Assembly (NCBI GenBank): GCA_963767925.1
Contig: CAVYGB010000002.1
Span: forward strand, 2,176,001-2,240,000
Direction of reading: 5' to 3'
DNA: 64,000 nt
Source of the DNA: an uncultured delta proteobacterium
Lineage (GTDB): Bacteria > Myxococcota_A > Polyangia > Fen-1088
Positions 48,236-57,749 of this stretch are shown here, one piece after another. Position 1 is the stretch's first letter. Every line of letters begins with the position of its first letter. The notes under the pieces are model-generated. The model worked only from the letters and a program-made list of their open reading frames with translations. It was not told the DNA's origin and searched no databases. The position numbers and the translations under genes are program-made.

Positions 48236-49713
48236 GGCCGACCTTCCGTCAGGAGAACGTCGAGACCGGGCAAGCTCGGCGCGAAGAGGTATTCGCTCCC
48301 CCGAAGCGTGACCAGGTCATAAAAGTCGAAGTCCAGCTCGATGGTCTCGCTGATCTTCCGGTGGCGGTCCTCGGTGTAGAAGCTCTCCCGGTCGCGAGGC
48401 CTCTGGGCGATCAGAGAGTCTCCGCCCGGAGTGGGCCAGGCGTGCAGGTCGACAGAGCGAGCATTGGCCCAGTTTTTCTGGACGAACTCGAACTGCTCCC
48501 GAATCGACCCCTGCATACAAAGAAACAGCAGGCCACGAGAGCCGTCGTCCTGTTGCGAACGGTCTTGCAAGGGTGAGCCGTAAGGAATTCCGCGACGGGT
48601 TAGAGTACGCCTTTGTTCCTGGTCGAGATCTCCGGTGGTGCCTCGCGGGTTCATCTTGCGGACGTGCGCGGAGAACGGGCAGGTCCGACCGGAAGGGTCC
48701 CGATCGAAGTTGAAGTTGTTCTGGGCAGTTGGGTCGATGGTCGAGGGGGCCAGCCAGCTGGGCCAGGGGGTACCGTCGACGTCACGACCCAGGAGCCGGC
48801 GCTTGATGAACCGGTCGATCTCCAAAATGGTCGGTTGCGCGTTCCCGAAGGGCTCATAGCCAGCGCCGCGATTCTTTTCTTGCCAGAGTTGGGCCAGGAA
48901 CGGCCCCCGCCGCTCGAGCCGCTCGGCGTACTCTGCAACCCTCCGGTGAAAGCCCCCGACATCCTGGGACAGCTTTCGGTAGACGACGTAGGAGCCGCAG
49001 CTCTCCGGGGCGAGCGGATCCCTGGCGAGCACGACGGAGAGGCGGCGCCGAGGATCGATCGTAGGATCGGGGTCGCCTTTCCCGTACTGTTTGTCGCCGA
49101 TGGCTTGCCAGTGCGCATCCAGGTAAATCGGTTGGCTGGAGCCATCTCGAAAGCCGAAGTGTTCGTGTCGCTCACCTTCCGGGCTTTTCAGCGGATGGCC
49201 CGTCTGGTCGAGCGCCAGACCCCACTCCAGATGAATTTCTGCGCGCGAGTCGGCGCGGAGGACCTCCACGAGGTCGTCGAGGCGATGCTGGTTGTCGCAG
49301 GCGAGCATGGCCATGCCGTGCCAGGGTCGCCGGTAGCTGTCCTGCCACTGCTCGGGAGGCAGGTCGTCGAGGAGATCGGAGGTCTCCGGGTGTCGACTGC
49401 CCAGGATGAAGGCTCGATCCATCTGCGCGACGTCGTGGCCGAGGTGGGCCAGACCCGCGGCGGTAAAGAAGAGGTTCACCAGGGGCGCCTCCCGAGCCGC
49501 TTCGTCGTGAGCCTTGGCGCTGGTTACCGGCATTCGCGCCAGGTGACCGTGGAAGAACTCCCGGAGCCAGGCACGCGGAGCCTCCGCTCTGGTACGAAAC
49601 CGGAAAAAGACGTGCGCCGCCTTCAGTTTTCCAAAGCCCCGCAGGATGTTGCCTTGCAAGTCCTGGTACAGGCGATCGTCCGGAACCTCAACGTCGTTGT
49701 GACAAAACCTCAT
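48232..49713 (-). CDS. DyP-type (dye-decolorizing) heme peroxidase
   Basis: DLQGNILRG, EHFGFRDGSSQP (GxxDG), GSYVVYRKLSQDV, AHVRKMNPR, RRGIPYG, GLLFLC, QFEFVQKNWAN, EYLFAPSL. Confidence 0.92.
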   Translation of the reverse strand: MRFCHNDVEVPDDRLYQDLQGNILRGFGKLKAAHVFFRFRTRAEAPRAWLREFFHGHLARMPVTSAKAHDEAAREAPLVNLFFTAAGLAHLGHDVAQMDRAFILGSRHPETSDLLDDLPPEQWQDSYRRPWHGMAMLACDNQHRLDDLVEVLRADSRAEIHLEWGLALDQTGHPLKSPEGERHEHFGFRDGSSQPIYLDAHWQAIGDKQYGKGDPDPTIDPRRRLSVVLARDPLAPESCGSYVVYRKLSQDVGGFHRRVAEYAERLERRGPFLAQLWQEKNRGAGYEPFGNAQPTILEIDRFIKRRLLGRDVDGTPWPSWLAPSTIDPTAQNNFNFDRDPSGRTCPFSAHVRKMNPRGTTGDLDQEQRRTLTRRGIPYGSPLQDRSQQDDGSRGLLFLCMQGSIREQFEFVQKNWANARSVDLHAWPTPGGDSLIAQRPRDRESFYTEDRHRKISETIELDFDFYDLVTLRGSEYLFAPSLPGLDVLLTEGRP

Positions 49714-49776
49714 GCCGAACCCCCCTTCGACCCCGACAGTAAGCTGCGGTTCTGCGGGGCCGCAATCCGCTACCCT

Positions 49777-49807
49777 TGAGCGGTCGATTCGAGAGGATGA
49801 GCGGTCG
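49777..49807 (-). promoter_or_regulatory. LytTR-type direct-repeat box upstream of dyp
   Basis: Perfect CGACCGCTCA-N11-CGACCGCTCA (21-bp period), 64 nt from the dyp ATG; followed by TTGCGG-N18-TACTGT. Confidence 0.65.
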
Positions 49808-49822
49808 GTAGGCGGTTCCGGA

Positions 49823-50566
49823 CTACGACCAACGACGAAGATTGTCGGAATAGCGTCGGCTGGACTCGATCTCGCTGCCTTCGTCCAGAATCACTTTGAT
49901 CCGGCCGTCCGTGAGCCGCTTGAGTGAAGCGACGTGTTGCATGTTCACGATGCTGTTGCGGTGAATGCGGACGAAGTCTTCTGGATCGAGCCGGTTCTCC
50001 AGCTCCACCAGCGGTGTGTCGATCAGGTACTCACGGCTGCTGGTCCTCACGGTTGTGTAGCCCTGTTCAGCCCGAAACAACAGCACTTCGTCGAGAGTCA
50101 CAAAGAAGGTCGAGTCGCCCACGCGGCAGGCCAGACGCCGAGGGCCAATTTGGCGGGAGGATCTAAGCACCGAGAGCATCTGGTCCAGCGGAGGAGCCGG
50201 ACCTCGTTGTTGTGCCTGGCTCACACGCGCGACCGCCGCTGCCAGTTCCTGGGGCTCGATGGGCTTGAGCAGATAGTCGACGGCGCTCGCTCGGATCGCC
50301 TGGACAGCGTACTTGTCGAAGGCAGTGGTAAAGATCACCGCCGCGCCGTGGTTTCCGGCCTTGAGAACCTCGAAGCCATCGAAACCGGGCAATGAGACAT
50401 CGAGGAAGACGAGATCCGGCTCCTCAGCGGCGATGAGGCGGACCGCTTCGGGCCCGTTATCCGCTTCTGCGATGACCTGCAAGGTCCCCGCATGCGCCTC
50501 CAGGAGCCGACGCAGGCGCTCGCGCGAAGCAGCCTCGTCTTCAACGATTATCGTGCGCAGGGCCAT
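49823..50566 (-). CDS. LytTR-family response regulator
   Basis: IIVEDE, FLDVSLPGFDG, FTTAFDKYA, YLLKP; FVRIHRNSIVN, SSRRY. Confidence 0.93.
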   Translation of the reverse strand: MALRTIIVEDEAASRERLRRLLEAHAGTLQVIAEADNGPEAVRLIAAEEPDLVFLDVSLPGFDGFEVLKAGNHGAAVIFTTAFDKYAVQAIRASAVDYLLKPIEPQELAAAVARVSQAQQRGPAPPLDQMLSVLRSSRQIGPRRLACRVGDSTFFVTLDEVLLFRAEQGYTTVRTSSREYLIDTPLVELENRLDPEDFVRIHRNSIVNMQHVASLKRLTDGRIKVILDEGSEIESSRRYSDNLRRWS

Positions 50567-50809
50567 CTGCGACCTCGGCCGGCGAAGCTACACGATGCGC
50601 CATTTTATGACAAGGGCTACTCCCAGGTCTCGATGTCGATCCCTACTCTGGTAGCCAGCGATACCAGGCGCGCCGCTGCGGGACGACCTGCCTCGCGGGC
50701 CGCAGCCGAGGGGTAGCCACTCGAGGCGCCGGTCGTCGAGCGCTGATTCGACAGCCTTCACGTATTCAACGTACGCGGGCGGAAAATCCGTGGGCTTCGT
50801 GTCCCTGGC

Positions 50810-51841
50810 TCACGGATCCCCGGCGGCCAGCGCCGCGATCTCGCTGGCGGTGAGGACGCGGTTGTAGATGCGGAGGTCGTCGATGCGGCCGGGCCAGCGC
50901 TCCTCTTCGCCGCGGTCGGGCTCGAAGGCGCCCAGGATGACCTGGGTGATGGCGGCGCCGGTCCGGTAGTTGTTGGTGCCGCTGTCGGCGAGGGTGCCGT
51001 CGACGTGAAGAGCGTGGGATCCCGCCCGGTGGGTGTAGACCAGGTGGGTCCAGCCGCCCGGGGCGGCGGCGCTGGCCTGCACCACCGAGGTGTCGGCAGC
51101 GCTGTTCCAGAGCCAGACCGCGGGGAACCCGCGCTGCAGCCCCACCTGAACGCCCAGGTCGGTCGAGTTGTTGAAGGACAGCAGCGTCCTCCGGAAGTCG
51201 CCGATGGGCGCGGGCAGCCAGAACCAGAGGGAGATCGACCGCTCGACCGACACCTCCGGGATCAACGAGGCCGGCAGCATGACGTAACCGGAGCTCCCGT
51301 CGAGCGCCAGGGCGCCGCCGTTGCTGAACTGGTCCGTGGGAAATCCATCCGGCCAGGTGACGGCGCCGGCCGCGATCCCGAGCTGCGTGCCGCTGTCGTC
51401 GGGGACCGAGGTGCCGCTGACAGGGTCCAGGCGGTAGCGGGCGAGGAGCCCCGCGGATAGAGACGAGTCGGTCTGAACGTCGACGGGTGCGTCGCGGGCG
51501 GCGCCGTCCGGCTCCGCCCTCGAGTCGAGAGCGGCTCCGCTGTCACTCGGAACATCGGCGGTCGCCCCGGCGTCTTCGGGCGCGCCATCGACCGCCCGGT
51601 CCGGCGGCCGGGCCGTGTCCGATCCCAGGCTCGGACCGTCCGTCCCGCCGGAGAGGTAAGCCGGGTTGGCTCCCGTGCAGGCCAGCGCCCCGAGGCAGAC
51701 CAGGGCGGCGGTAGCGCGCGGGATGGCCGCCCGGAATGGGCGCCGCCTGCACCCGGCCCGGCCAGGGCTCGGGGTGCCGGGCGGGCGACCGGGGGCATCG
51801 CGGGTGAGCTGGAAGGCACCCACCAGCACGGTGAAGGTCAT
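50810..51841 (-). CDS. LamG/concanavalin-like domain exported protein
   Basis: LGALAC lipobox-like; GLLARYRLD, LALDGSSGYV, SISLWF, WTHLVY, LHVDG, GRIDDLRIYNRVLTASEI; start uncertain. Confidence 0.8.
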   Translation of the reverse strand: MTFTVLVGAFQLTRDAPGRPPGTPSPGRAGCRRRPFRAAIPRATAALVCLGALACTGANPAYLSGGTDGPSLGSDTARPPDRAVDGAPEDAGATADVPSDSGAALDSRAEPDGAARDAPVDVQTDSSLSAGLLARYRLDPVSGTSVPDDSGTQLGIAAGAVTWPDGFPTDQFSNGGALALDGSSGYVMLPASLIPEVSVERSISLWFWLPAPIGDFRRTLLSFNNSTDLGVQVGLQRGFPAVWLWNSAADTSVVQASAAAPGGWTHLVYTHRAGSHALHVDGTLADSGTNNYRTGAAITQVILGAFEPDRGEEERWPGRIDDLRIYNRVLTASEIAALAAGDP

Positions 51842-52120
51842 CGCCCGCAGCAGCACGCCCACGAACACCGAGAGCACCACATCGAGGCGGAGGCCGGAGG
51901 GGAGCTGTCCGCGCGCGTCGCGGACGGCGTTCACCTGGACATCCGTGTCATGGGACCGGCGCCTTGCCAGTCCGCTGGCGTTTCCGAACGGGACCACACC
52001 CCTCCTTCGGATCGGGTCTCCCGGTCCCAGGCTTTAGGTTCTCCAGCAGAATCAGTGGGTCATCTGAGCGCCAGGAGCTGATAACATCGGCGCGGGGCGC
52101 AGCATGACCGGCGAGATCTC

Positions 52121-53314
52121 GTGAAGGCCGGGAGAGGTATTTCCTGGCGGCGGTGGGTCTGGCGGGCCTTCCAGGCCCTCGGAGCGCTGCTGGTGCTGGT
52201 CATCGCCGTGGCGCTGTTCCAGGGTTGCGCCGCCTTCGGCAAGCGGGCGAGCGGCGATCGGCTGGCGCGCATGTCGCGCTCTCCGCAGTGGGGCGACGGC
52301 AAGTTCGTCAACCCCCAGCCGCTGGTCAACCACTTCTGGGAGATGTTCTCCGGGGCCACCGGCGCCAGCCTGCACGGGCGCCCCACCGAGACGCTGCCCG
52401 TCCAGCGGCCGCCGCGCGCCCGCTTCGAGACGCCGCCCGGCAGCGGCCTGCGTGTCACCTGGATGGGGCACTCGTCGCTGCTGGTCGAGATCGACGGCCA
52501 TCGTGTGCTGACCGACCCGGTCTGGAGCCACCGGGTTTCGCCCCTGGGATGGGTGGGGCCCGAGCGCTGGCACGGCCCCCTCATCGCCCTCGAGGAGCTG
52601 CCGGCGATCGACGCGGTGGTGGTGTCCCACGATCACTACGACCACCTCGACCACGACACCATCACGGCGATGGCGACGGCGCCGGGGTGGGAACGCACGA
52701 TCTTCGTCGTGCCGCTGGGGATCGGGGCCAACCTGGCCTACTGGGGCGTGCCGGAGGCGCGCATCGTCGAGCTGGACTGGTGGCAGGAGACGCGGGTCCG
52801 CCGCCTCACCATCGTCTGCACGCCCGCCCGGCACGCCTCCGGCCGCATGCTGATCGACAACGACGCCAAGCTCTGGGCCGGCTACGCGCTCATCGGCTCG
52901 CAGCGCCGGGTCTACTTCTCGGGGGACACGGGCCTGTTCCCCGCGATGAAGGAGATCGGCGCGAAGCTGGGTCCCTTCGATCTCACGATGATCGAGGTGG
53001 GCGAATACAACCGGGCCTGGCCCGACTGGCACATCGGCCCCGAGCAGGCGGTGCGCGCCCACCAGATGGTGCGCGGCGGCCTCATGCTCCCGATCCACTG
53101 GGGCCTCTTTCGCCTCGCCTACCACACCTGGACCGAGCCCATCGAACGCGTGCTGGTGGCGGCGCGCGCCGCCGGCGTCACGCTGGCGATTCCCCGCCCC
53201 GGTCAGAGCTTCGAGCCGGACGCCCCGCCCCCGGTCGAGCGCTGGTGGCCGGAGCTACCGTGGCAGACGGCCCAGGAGCACCCGGTGGTCTCCACCCAGG
53301 TGGACGGGCGTTGA
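52121..53314 (+). CDS. MBL-fold hydrolase (NAPE-PLD/RomA-like)
   Basis: TWMGHSS, LTDPVWS, SHDHYDHLD, TPARHASGR, FSGDTG, PIHWG. Confidence 0.9.
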   Translation: MKAGRGISWRRWVWRAFQALGALLVLVIAVALFQGCAAFGKRASGDRLARMSRSPQWGDGKFVNPQPLVNHFWEMFSGATGASLHGRPTETLPVQRPPRARFETPPGSGLRVTWMGHSSLLVEIDGHRVLTDPVWSHRVSPLGWVGPERWHGPLIALEELPAIDAVVVSHDHYDHLDHDTITAMATAPGWERTIFVVPLGIGANLAYWGVPEARIVELDWWQETRVRRLTIVCTPARHASGRMLIDNDAKLWAGYALIGSQRRVYFSGDTGLFPAMKEIGAKLGPFDLTMIEVGEYNRAWPDWHIGPEQAVRAHQMVRGGLMLPIHWGLFRLAYHTWTEPIERVLVAARAAGVTLAIPRPGQSFEPDAPPPVERWWPELPWQTAQEHPVVSTQVDGR

Positions 53315-53348
53315 GACCTCCGCCGAGCGCCACCCGCGGGTCGGGGGG

Positions 53349-54290
53349 TTACCTGGTGCCGATGCTCAGGTTGCTGATGTAGACGGTTCGCGTGCGGTTG
53401 TTGGAGATGCCGAGCTCGGTGTTGTAGATGCCGCCGTCCCAGTGGGCGGCTCCCGTCTTGGGCGGCTGGAAGCCGAGGTTGTCGCGGCGCTGGTAGACCT
53501 CCTCGCCGTCGATGAACACCTGGACGTAGCCGTCCGCGCGGTAGTCGACCTCGACGCGGAAGTCGTACCAGCGCATCGGCTCGAGCCTCTTGCTGAGCTG
53601 GGTGGTGCCCCCGCACCGGACGATGAGATCGCCGTTGTTGTGACCTTCGAGCATCCACATGGGACCGCCGGGCCGGATGTGCTGGGCGAAGGTCGCGTTG
53701 ATGTCGATGCTCGTGATCATGTAGCCCCAGGCGTAGCTGACCTTGCTGCCGAAGGGGAACGCGTAGGTCGTGTTCGAGACGGCGCTCCTGGGCTTGTTGT
53801 TCGGCGAGGTGCGGAAGTTGTCACCCGCCTCCCAGACCACGCGCATGACCTTGCCCCGCGCGCCGAGCGGATCGTCCACGCGCTGATAGCGGCTCGGCGG
53901 AATGCTGGTCGGGGAGGGCGTCAACCCGGCGGCGTCCTGCTCGAAGTCCTGGGAAAAGACGATGGCGCCCCCGGCGATCGGTCCCTGGGAGCTCGGCGAG
54001 CCCCCGCCTTCTCCGGCCCCCGCGATGCCGCTGGCGTCCCCGCCGGCGTCGGGCAGGGCGCCGTCCTCCGCGGCGGCGTCCTCCGCGCCGCTCCCGCCCG
54101 CCTGGCTTGCGGCGTCGGGATCCCCGGTCGCGCCGCCGTCCGGACCGGCGCTGGGAACCCCGGCCCGCCGACCACCCGAACCGCCCGTGCCAGGACCGGG
54201 TTCGGGGGGGCCGGGCTGGCTTCTGCCGGCAGAGCCGCACGCCAGGGTGAAGAGGGGCAACCAGACGAGGGAGCGCAACAACGGTTTCAT
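53349..54290 (-). CDS. Polysaccharide-lyase-like (beta-jelly-roll) lipoprotein
   Basis: TLAC lipobox, Gly/Asp linker; KPRSAV, FAQH, RWYDFRVEV, GYVQVFIDG, GGIY, VYISNLSIG. Confidence 0.6.
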   Translation of the reverse strand: MKPLLRSLVWLPLFTLACGSAGRSQPGPPEPGPGTGGSGGRRAGVPSAGPDGGATGDPDAASQAGGSGAEDAAAEDGALPDAGGDASGIAGAGEGGGSPSSQGPIAGGAIVFSQDFEQDAAGLTPSPTSIPPSRYQRVDDPLGARGKVMRVVWEAGDNFRTSPNNKPRSAVSNTTYAFPFGSKVSYAWGYMITSIDINATFAQHIRPGGPMWMLEGHNNGDLIVRCGGTTQLSKRLEPMRWYDFRVEVDYRADGYVQVFIDGEEVYQRRDNLGFQPPKTGAAHWDGGIYNTELGISNNRTRTVYISNLSIGTR

Positions 54291-54587
54291 CACGCTCTAT
54301 TGGCGGCAGCGCCCCTTTGTTCCGAAAGAAAGTGACGACGCGATGTGCCGGCCGGCGGTCCGGGGAGGTTCTTGCGTCTGGCCAGGGCGGGGCGCCCTGG
54401 AGGCTCCTCGAACCGCCTTCGGCACGCGACGCCTTTGGCTCGGCATGCACGCGCTGCCCTCGCGACCTCCGCGGGCCGCGTGTTAGTCTCGGCGTGCGTG
54501 TGAGCGATTGTCTCGCTGCGAGCTGCTCAGGGCCCACAGTACCAGGGGTGAAGTCCGTCGGTTGCGCGCCCCTGCATCAGGAGTCTC

Positions 54588-55592
54588 ATGAACAACATCC
54601 CGACTCGGCGAAGGTTCCTGGAACACGCGGCCCTGCTGAGCATCGCGCTGCCGCTCCGGCGAGCCAGCGCGGCGGTGAGACCCGTCCAGCGTGCCGGTGG
54701 ATCGCACCTGCGTACCTCGCTCAACGCCTACTCGTTCGCCGACCTGCTGACCGCCAGGACCAAGGATCCCAGCAAAGGCCTCGACCTGTTTCAGCTCTGC
54801 GACTTCTGCGCCAAGCACGATTTCGACGCCGTGGACCTCACCGGCTACTTCTTTCCGGGCTATCCGCAAGCCCCCGAGCGCAGCTACCTCATCAAGCTCA
54901 AGCGCCACGCCTTCGACCTCGGCCTGGAGATCAGCGGCACCGGCGTGCGCAACGACTTCACCGCCGCCGACAAGGCCGTCCGCAGCGAGGGCGTCCAGCG
55001 CATCAAGACCTGGATCGAGGTGGCCGCCACGCTGGGCGCACCCACCGTCCGCGCCTTTGCCGACTCCCAGGCCCCCTTCAAGAACTGGCAGCAGGCCTCG
55101 GGCAACGCGAGCCGCCCCGCGGTCGAGACCTGGATGGCCGACTCGCTCCGACAGTGCGCCGAGCACGGCCAGAAATTTGGCGTCGTGGTGGCGGTGCAGA
55201 ATCACGGTGACTTCATCGACACGGGCGAGAAGCACCTCAGCCTGCTCAAGCGGGTAGACCACGACTGGTGCCGGGCCATGGTGGACACCGGCCAGTACCG
55301 GAGCGCCGATCCTTATGCCGACATCGCCACCATGGCCCCCTACGCGGTCAACTGGCAGATCAAGGAGACACTCGGCAACACCATGGAATCGCCCCACATC
55401 GACATGAAGAAGCTGGTCACGATCATCCGGAAATCCGGCTACCGCGGCTACCTTCCCATCGAGACCCTGGTGATGAAGCGGACGAGCTACGATCCCTACG
55501 TGGAGGCGCCCAAGCTCCTGGCCGAGCTCCGCCAGGCCATGCAAGACACCACGTCGATCGCTGCCACGCCCAGGGCACAGGCCGCCCGCTGA
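54588..55592 (+). CDS. Tat-exported sugar phosphate isomerase/epimerase (xylose isomerase-like TIM barrel)
   Basis: TRRRFL Tat motif; SLNAYSF, DAVDLTGYFF, VQNHGDF, VDTG, NWQIKE, GYRGYLPIETL. Confidence 0.88.
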   Translation: MNNIPTRRRFLEHAALLSIALPLRRASAAVRPVQRAGGSHLRTSLNAYSFADLLTARTKDPSKGLDLFQLCDFCAKHDFDAVDLTGYFFPGYPQAPERSYLIKLKRHAFDLGLEISGTGVRNDFTAADKAVRSEGVQRIKTWIEVAATLGAPTVRAFADSQAPFKNWQQASGNASRPAVETWMADSLRQCAEHGQKFGVVVAVQNHGDFIDTGEKHLSLLKRVDHDWCRAMVDTGQYRSADPYADIATMAPYAVNWQIKETLGNTMESPHIDMKKLVTIIRKSGYRGYLPIETLVMKRTSYDPYVEAPKLLAELRQAMQDTTSIAATPRAQAAR

Positions 55593-55615
55593 CCGACCTG
55601 GCTCCGAGGGTGGGG

Positions 55616-56065
55616 TCAGCCGTTCGAGGCGCTGCTGCCGGTCCCGTCGAGGACCCTCCGCGCGGCAGCCACCAGATCGGCCGCATCGACCGGCTTGTGA
55701 AGGACGTCCAGCCTCGGATATCCCCAGTGTGGTCCGGCCGCCGTGAGGACCAGGACCGGCACCTGCGCCAGCCGGGCCGAGGCGCGAAGCTCGTCGAGGA
55801 AGGACCATCCATCCATCAACGGCATCATGAGGTCGAGCAGGATGAGGTCCGGCAACCGCTCCGCGGCGGCCAGGTACTCGAGCGCGCGTGGCGCGTCGTT
55901 CAGCCCCACCGTCTCGAACCCGTCGTCCTCGAGCACCTCCCGCACCGCTTCACAGATCTCCCAGTCGTCATCCAGCACGAGCACCAGCCGCCGCGGCGAG
56001 TCCGCCGCCGCCAGCGGGATCTCGGCCGTTTGCTTCAGAGCCTCTGACACCGGCGCGTTGTCCAT
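55616..56065 (-). CDS. Single-domain response regulator
   Basis: VLVLDDD, LLDLMMPLMDGW, VLTA, LHKP. Confidence 0.88.
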   Translation of the reverse strand: MDNAPVSEALKQTAEIPLAAADSPRRLVLVLDDDWEICEAVREVLEDDGFETVGLNDAPRALEYLAAAERLPDLILLDLMMPLMDGWSFLDELRASARLAQVPVLVLTAAGPHWGYPRLDVLHKPVDAADLVAAARRVLDGTGSSASNG

Positions 56066-56140
56066 CGGCCCGGAAAGCTGGGTTCGCGGCGGCGCTCGTA
56101 CAAGATGCGACAACCCGATTGGCCGAGAATCGAGGACACC

Positions 56141-56881
56141 ATGGGCCACGACATCCGCGCGATCGAGGAACGAGCCTTCGCCGCCTGGCCCGCCGAGCAG
56201 GTCCGCGCCCTGGGCCCCTGGCGCTTCCGCAGCACCCGCGGCGTCACCCACCGGGGCAACTCCGTCTGGCCCGACGGCCTCGCCGGCATCCCCTCGCTGG
56301 ACGCCGCCATCGAAGCCGCCGAAGCCTTCTACGCCGACCGCGCCTTGCCCGCGCAGTTCCAGGTCACCCCCCTGGCCCCACCCGGCCTCGACCGCGCCCT
56401 GCAAGCCCGCCGCTACACCCCCGGCGTCTCCGTAGCCGTCCAGGTCGCCGCCGCCAGCGCCGTGCCCCCGGCGCCCCGGCCCGGATCCTTCAGTCGGACG
56501 ATGTCCGAGGCCTGGTTCACGGTCTCCGGTCGGCTGGGCCGCTACGCCAAGGTCCCGGAGATCTACGCCGCCCTGCTGGCCCGGATCGGCCCCCGCGCCG
56601 TCTTCGCCCAGGCCGAGATCGATGGTGAAGTCGCCGCAGTCGGGCTCGGCGTCGTCGACCGGCCGTGGCTGGGGATTTCCAGCATGCTCACGCTTCCTTC
56701 CCACCGGGGCCGCGGTCTGGGCCAGGCCGTGCTCAGCGCCCTCGCCGCCGCCGCCCGACAGGAGGGTTGCGACCACCTCTACCTGCAGGTCGACCGCGAC
56801 AACGCCCCCGCCCTGGCCCTGTACGCCCGCTGCGGGTTCGAGGAGGTTTACGGCTACCACTATCGCGAGCGGGAAGTCTGA
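56141..56881 (+). CDS. GNAT N-acetyltransferase
   Basis: AFAAWPA, GVTHRGNSV, HRGRGLG, LYLQVDRDNAPALALY..CGF. Confidence 0.9.
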   Translation: MGHDIRAIEERAFAAWPAEQVRALGPWRFRSTRGVTHRGNSVWPDGLAGIPSLDAAIEAAEAFYADRALPAQFQVTPLAPPGLDRALQARRYTPGVSVAVQVAAASAVPPAPRPGSFSRTMSEAWFTVSGRLGRYAKVPEIYAALLARIGPRAVFAQAEIDGEVAAVGLGVVDRPWLGISSMLTLPSHRGRGLGQAVLSALAAAARQEGCDHLYLQVDRDNAPALALYARCGFEEVYGYHYREREV

Positions 56882-56894
56882 GGCGCGCCGCCCC

Positions 56895-57749
56895 TCAGAC
56901 CGGTGGGTGGCGCTCGCTGCGGGTCGCCGGAGCCGCCGGCCCATCGGGCGCCCGGTTGTGGCGCGCCGCCCGCCCCAGCAGCCATCCCCCGCTGATCCGG
57001 CTCCCAGCCGTACGCAGCGTGCGCGGCAAGAGCCCGGAGGTCGCGCGCATGGCCCGCTCCGCCCGCCGGAACCGGCGCTCGGCCCGCCCGTCCCAGTGGA
57101 CGCCGAGCTGGTCGCGTATCCGCGGGGGCGTCATCCCCAGCGTGAACAGCCGCTGCAGCGAGAGCAGCGGCCGCAACGGCACGTGCAACGCCAGCGGAAA
57201 CGTCGGCGCGAGAATGAACCCCGCGAGCTCCCGCCCCACCTCCGTGACGTCGAGCTTGTCGATCGTCTCGCGGACGTAGGCCTCGAAAGCCGCGAGGGTG
57301 GCCGGCTGATCGGCGCGGCGGATGCCGAACACCTCGGCGACCCTGGTCATCTCCTGGTAGTAGGTCTCCCAATCCGCCGCGGAGAGCGGCCCGACCAGCC
57401 GCGTGTAGCAGAGCAGGGCGGTGTCGACCAAGGTGGCGTGGACCCAGAGCAGGTTGGCCGGGTCGTTGGCCCGGTAGGTCGCCCCGGTGACGTGCTCGTG
57501 CATGCGATGAATCCGCGCCCCGACGTTGCGCGCGAGCGTCTCGCTGCCAAAGACCACCCCGGAGGTCGCCTCCAGGGTGCCGATGAGCCGCCGGAACGGA
57601 TTGGCTTTGAAGTCGCTGTGGTCTTGCACGGCTTGCGCGACCGGGGCGTGAGCAAGCTGGAGGAGGAGGGCGCGTCCCGCGCCGATCAGCAAGGCGGGCT
57701 CCATGCTGACCCGGCGGATCACGGCGCCTTCGGGGAAGAAGTCGGCCAT
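56895..57749 (-). CDS. Oxygenase MpaB/DUF2236 family protein
   Basis: GAGRALLLQLAH..VAQAVQDHSDF, RRLIGT, IHRMHEHV, YRANDPANLLWVHATL. Confidence 0.88.
   Translation of the reverse strand: MADFFPEGAVIRRVSMEPALLIGAGRALLLQLAHAPVAQAVQDHSDFKANPFRRLIGTLEATSGVVFGSETLARNVGARIHRMHEHVTGATYRANDPANLLWVHATLVDTALLCYTRLVGPLSAADWETYYQEMTRVAEVFGIRRADQPATLAAFEAYVRETIDKLDVTEVGRELAGFILAPTFPLALHVPLRPLLSLQRLFTLGMTPPRIRDQLGVHWDGRAERRFRRAERAMRATSGLLPRTLRTAGSRISGGWLLGRAARHNRAPDGPAAPATRSERHPPV

Larger units (their letters stand above)
40338..50754. mobile_element. ~10.4-kb genomic island bounded by 37-bp direct repeats (no integrase)
   Basis: cactcg(g/a)ggcg(t/c)cggtcgtcgagcgctgattcgacag at 40338-40374 and 50718-50754 (35/37, 25-bp perfect core); interior visibly more A/T-rich; all genes on the minus strand. 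Confidence 0.6.

Noticed and set aside
48232..48290. Encapsulin cargo-loading peptide on DyP
   Set aside because: C-terminus (SLPGLDVLLTEGRP) lacks the GSLxIGSL-type motif and no encapsulin gene was recognised
40338..50754. Prophage or ICE
   Set aside because: No integrase, structural, replication or conjugation genes; the repeats do not resemble a tRNA end
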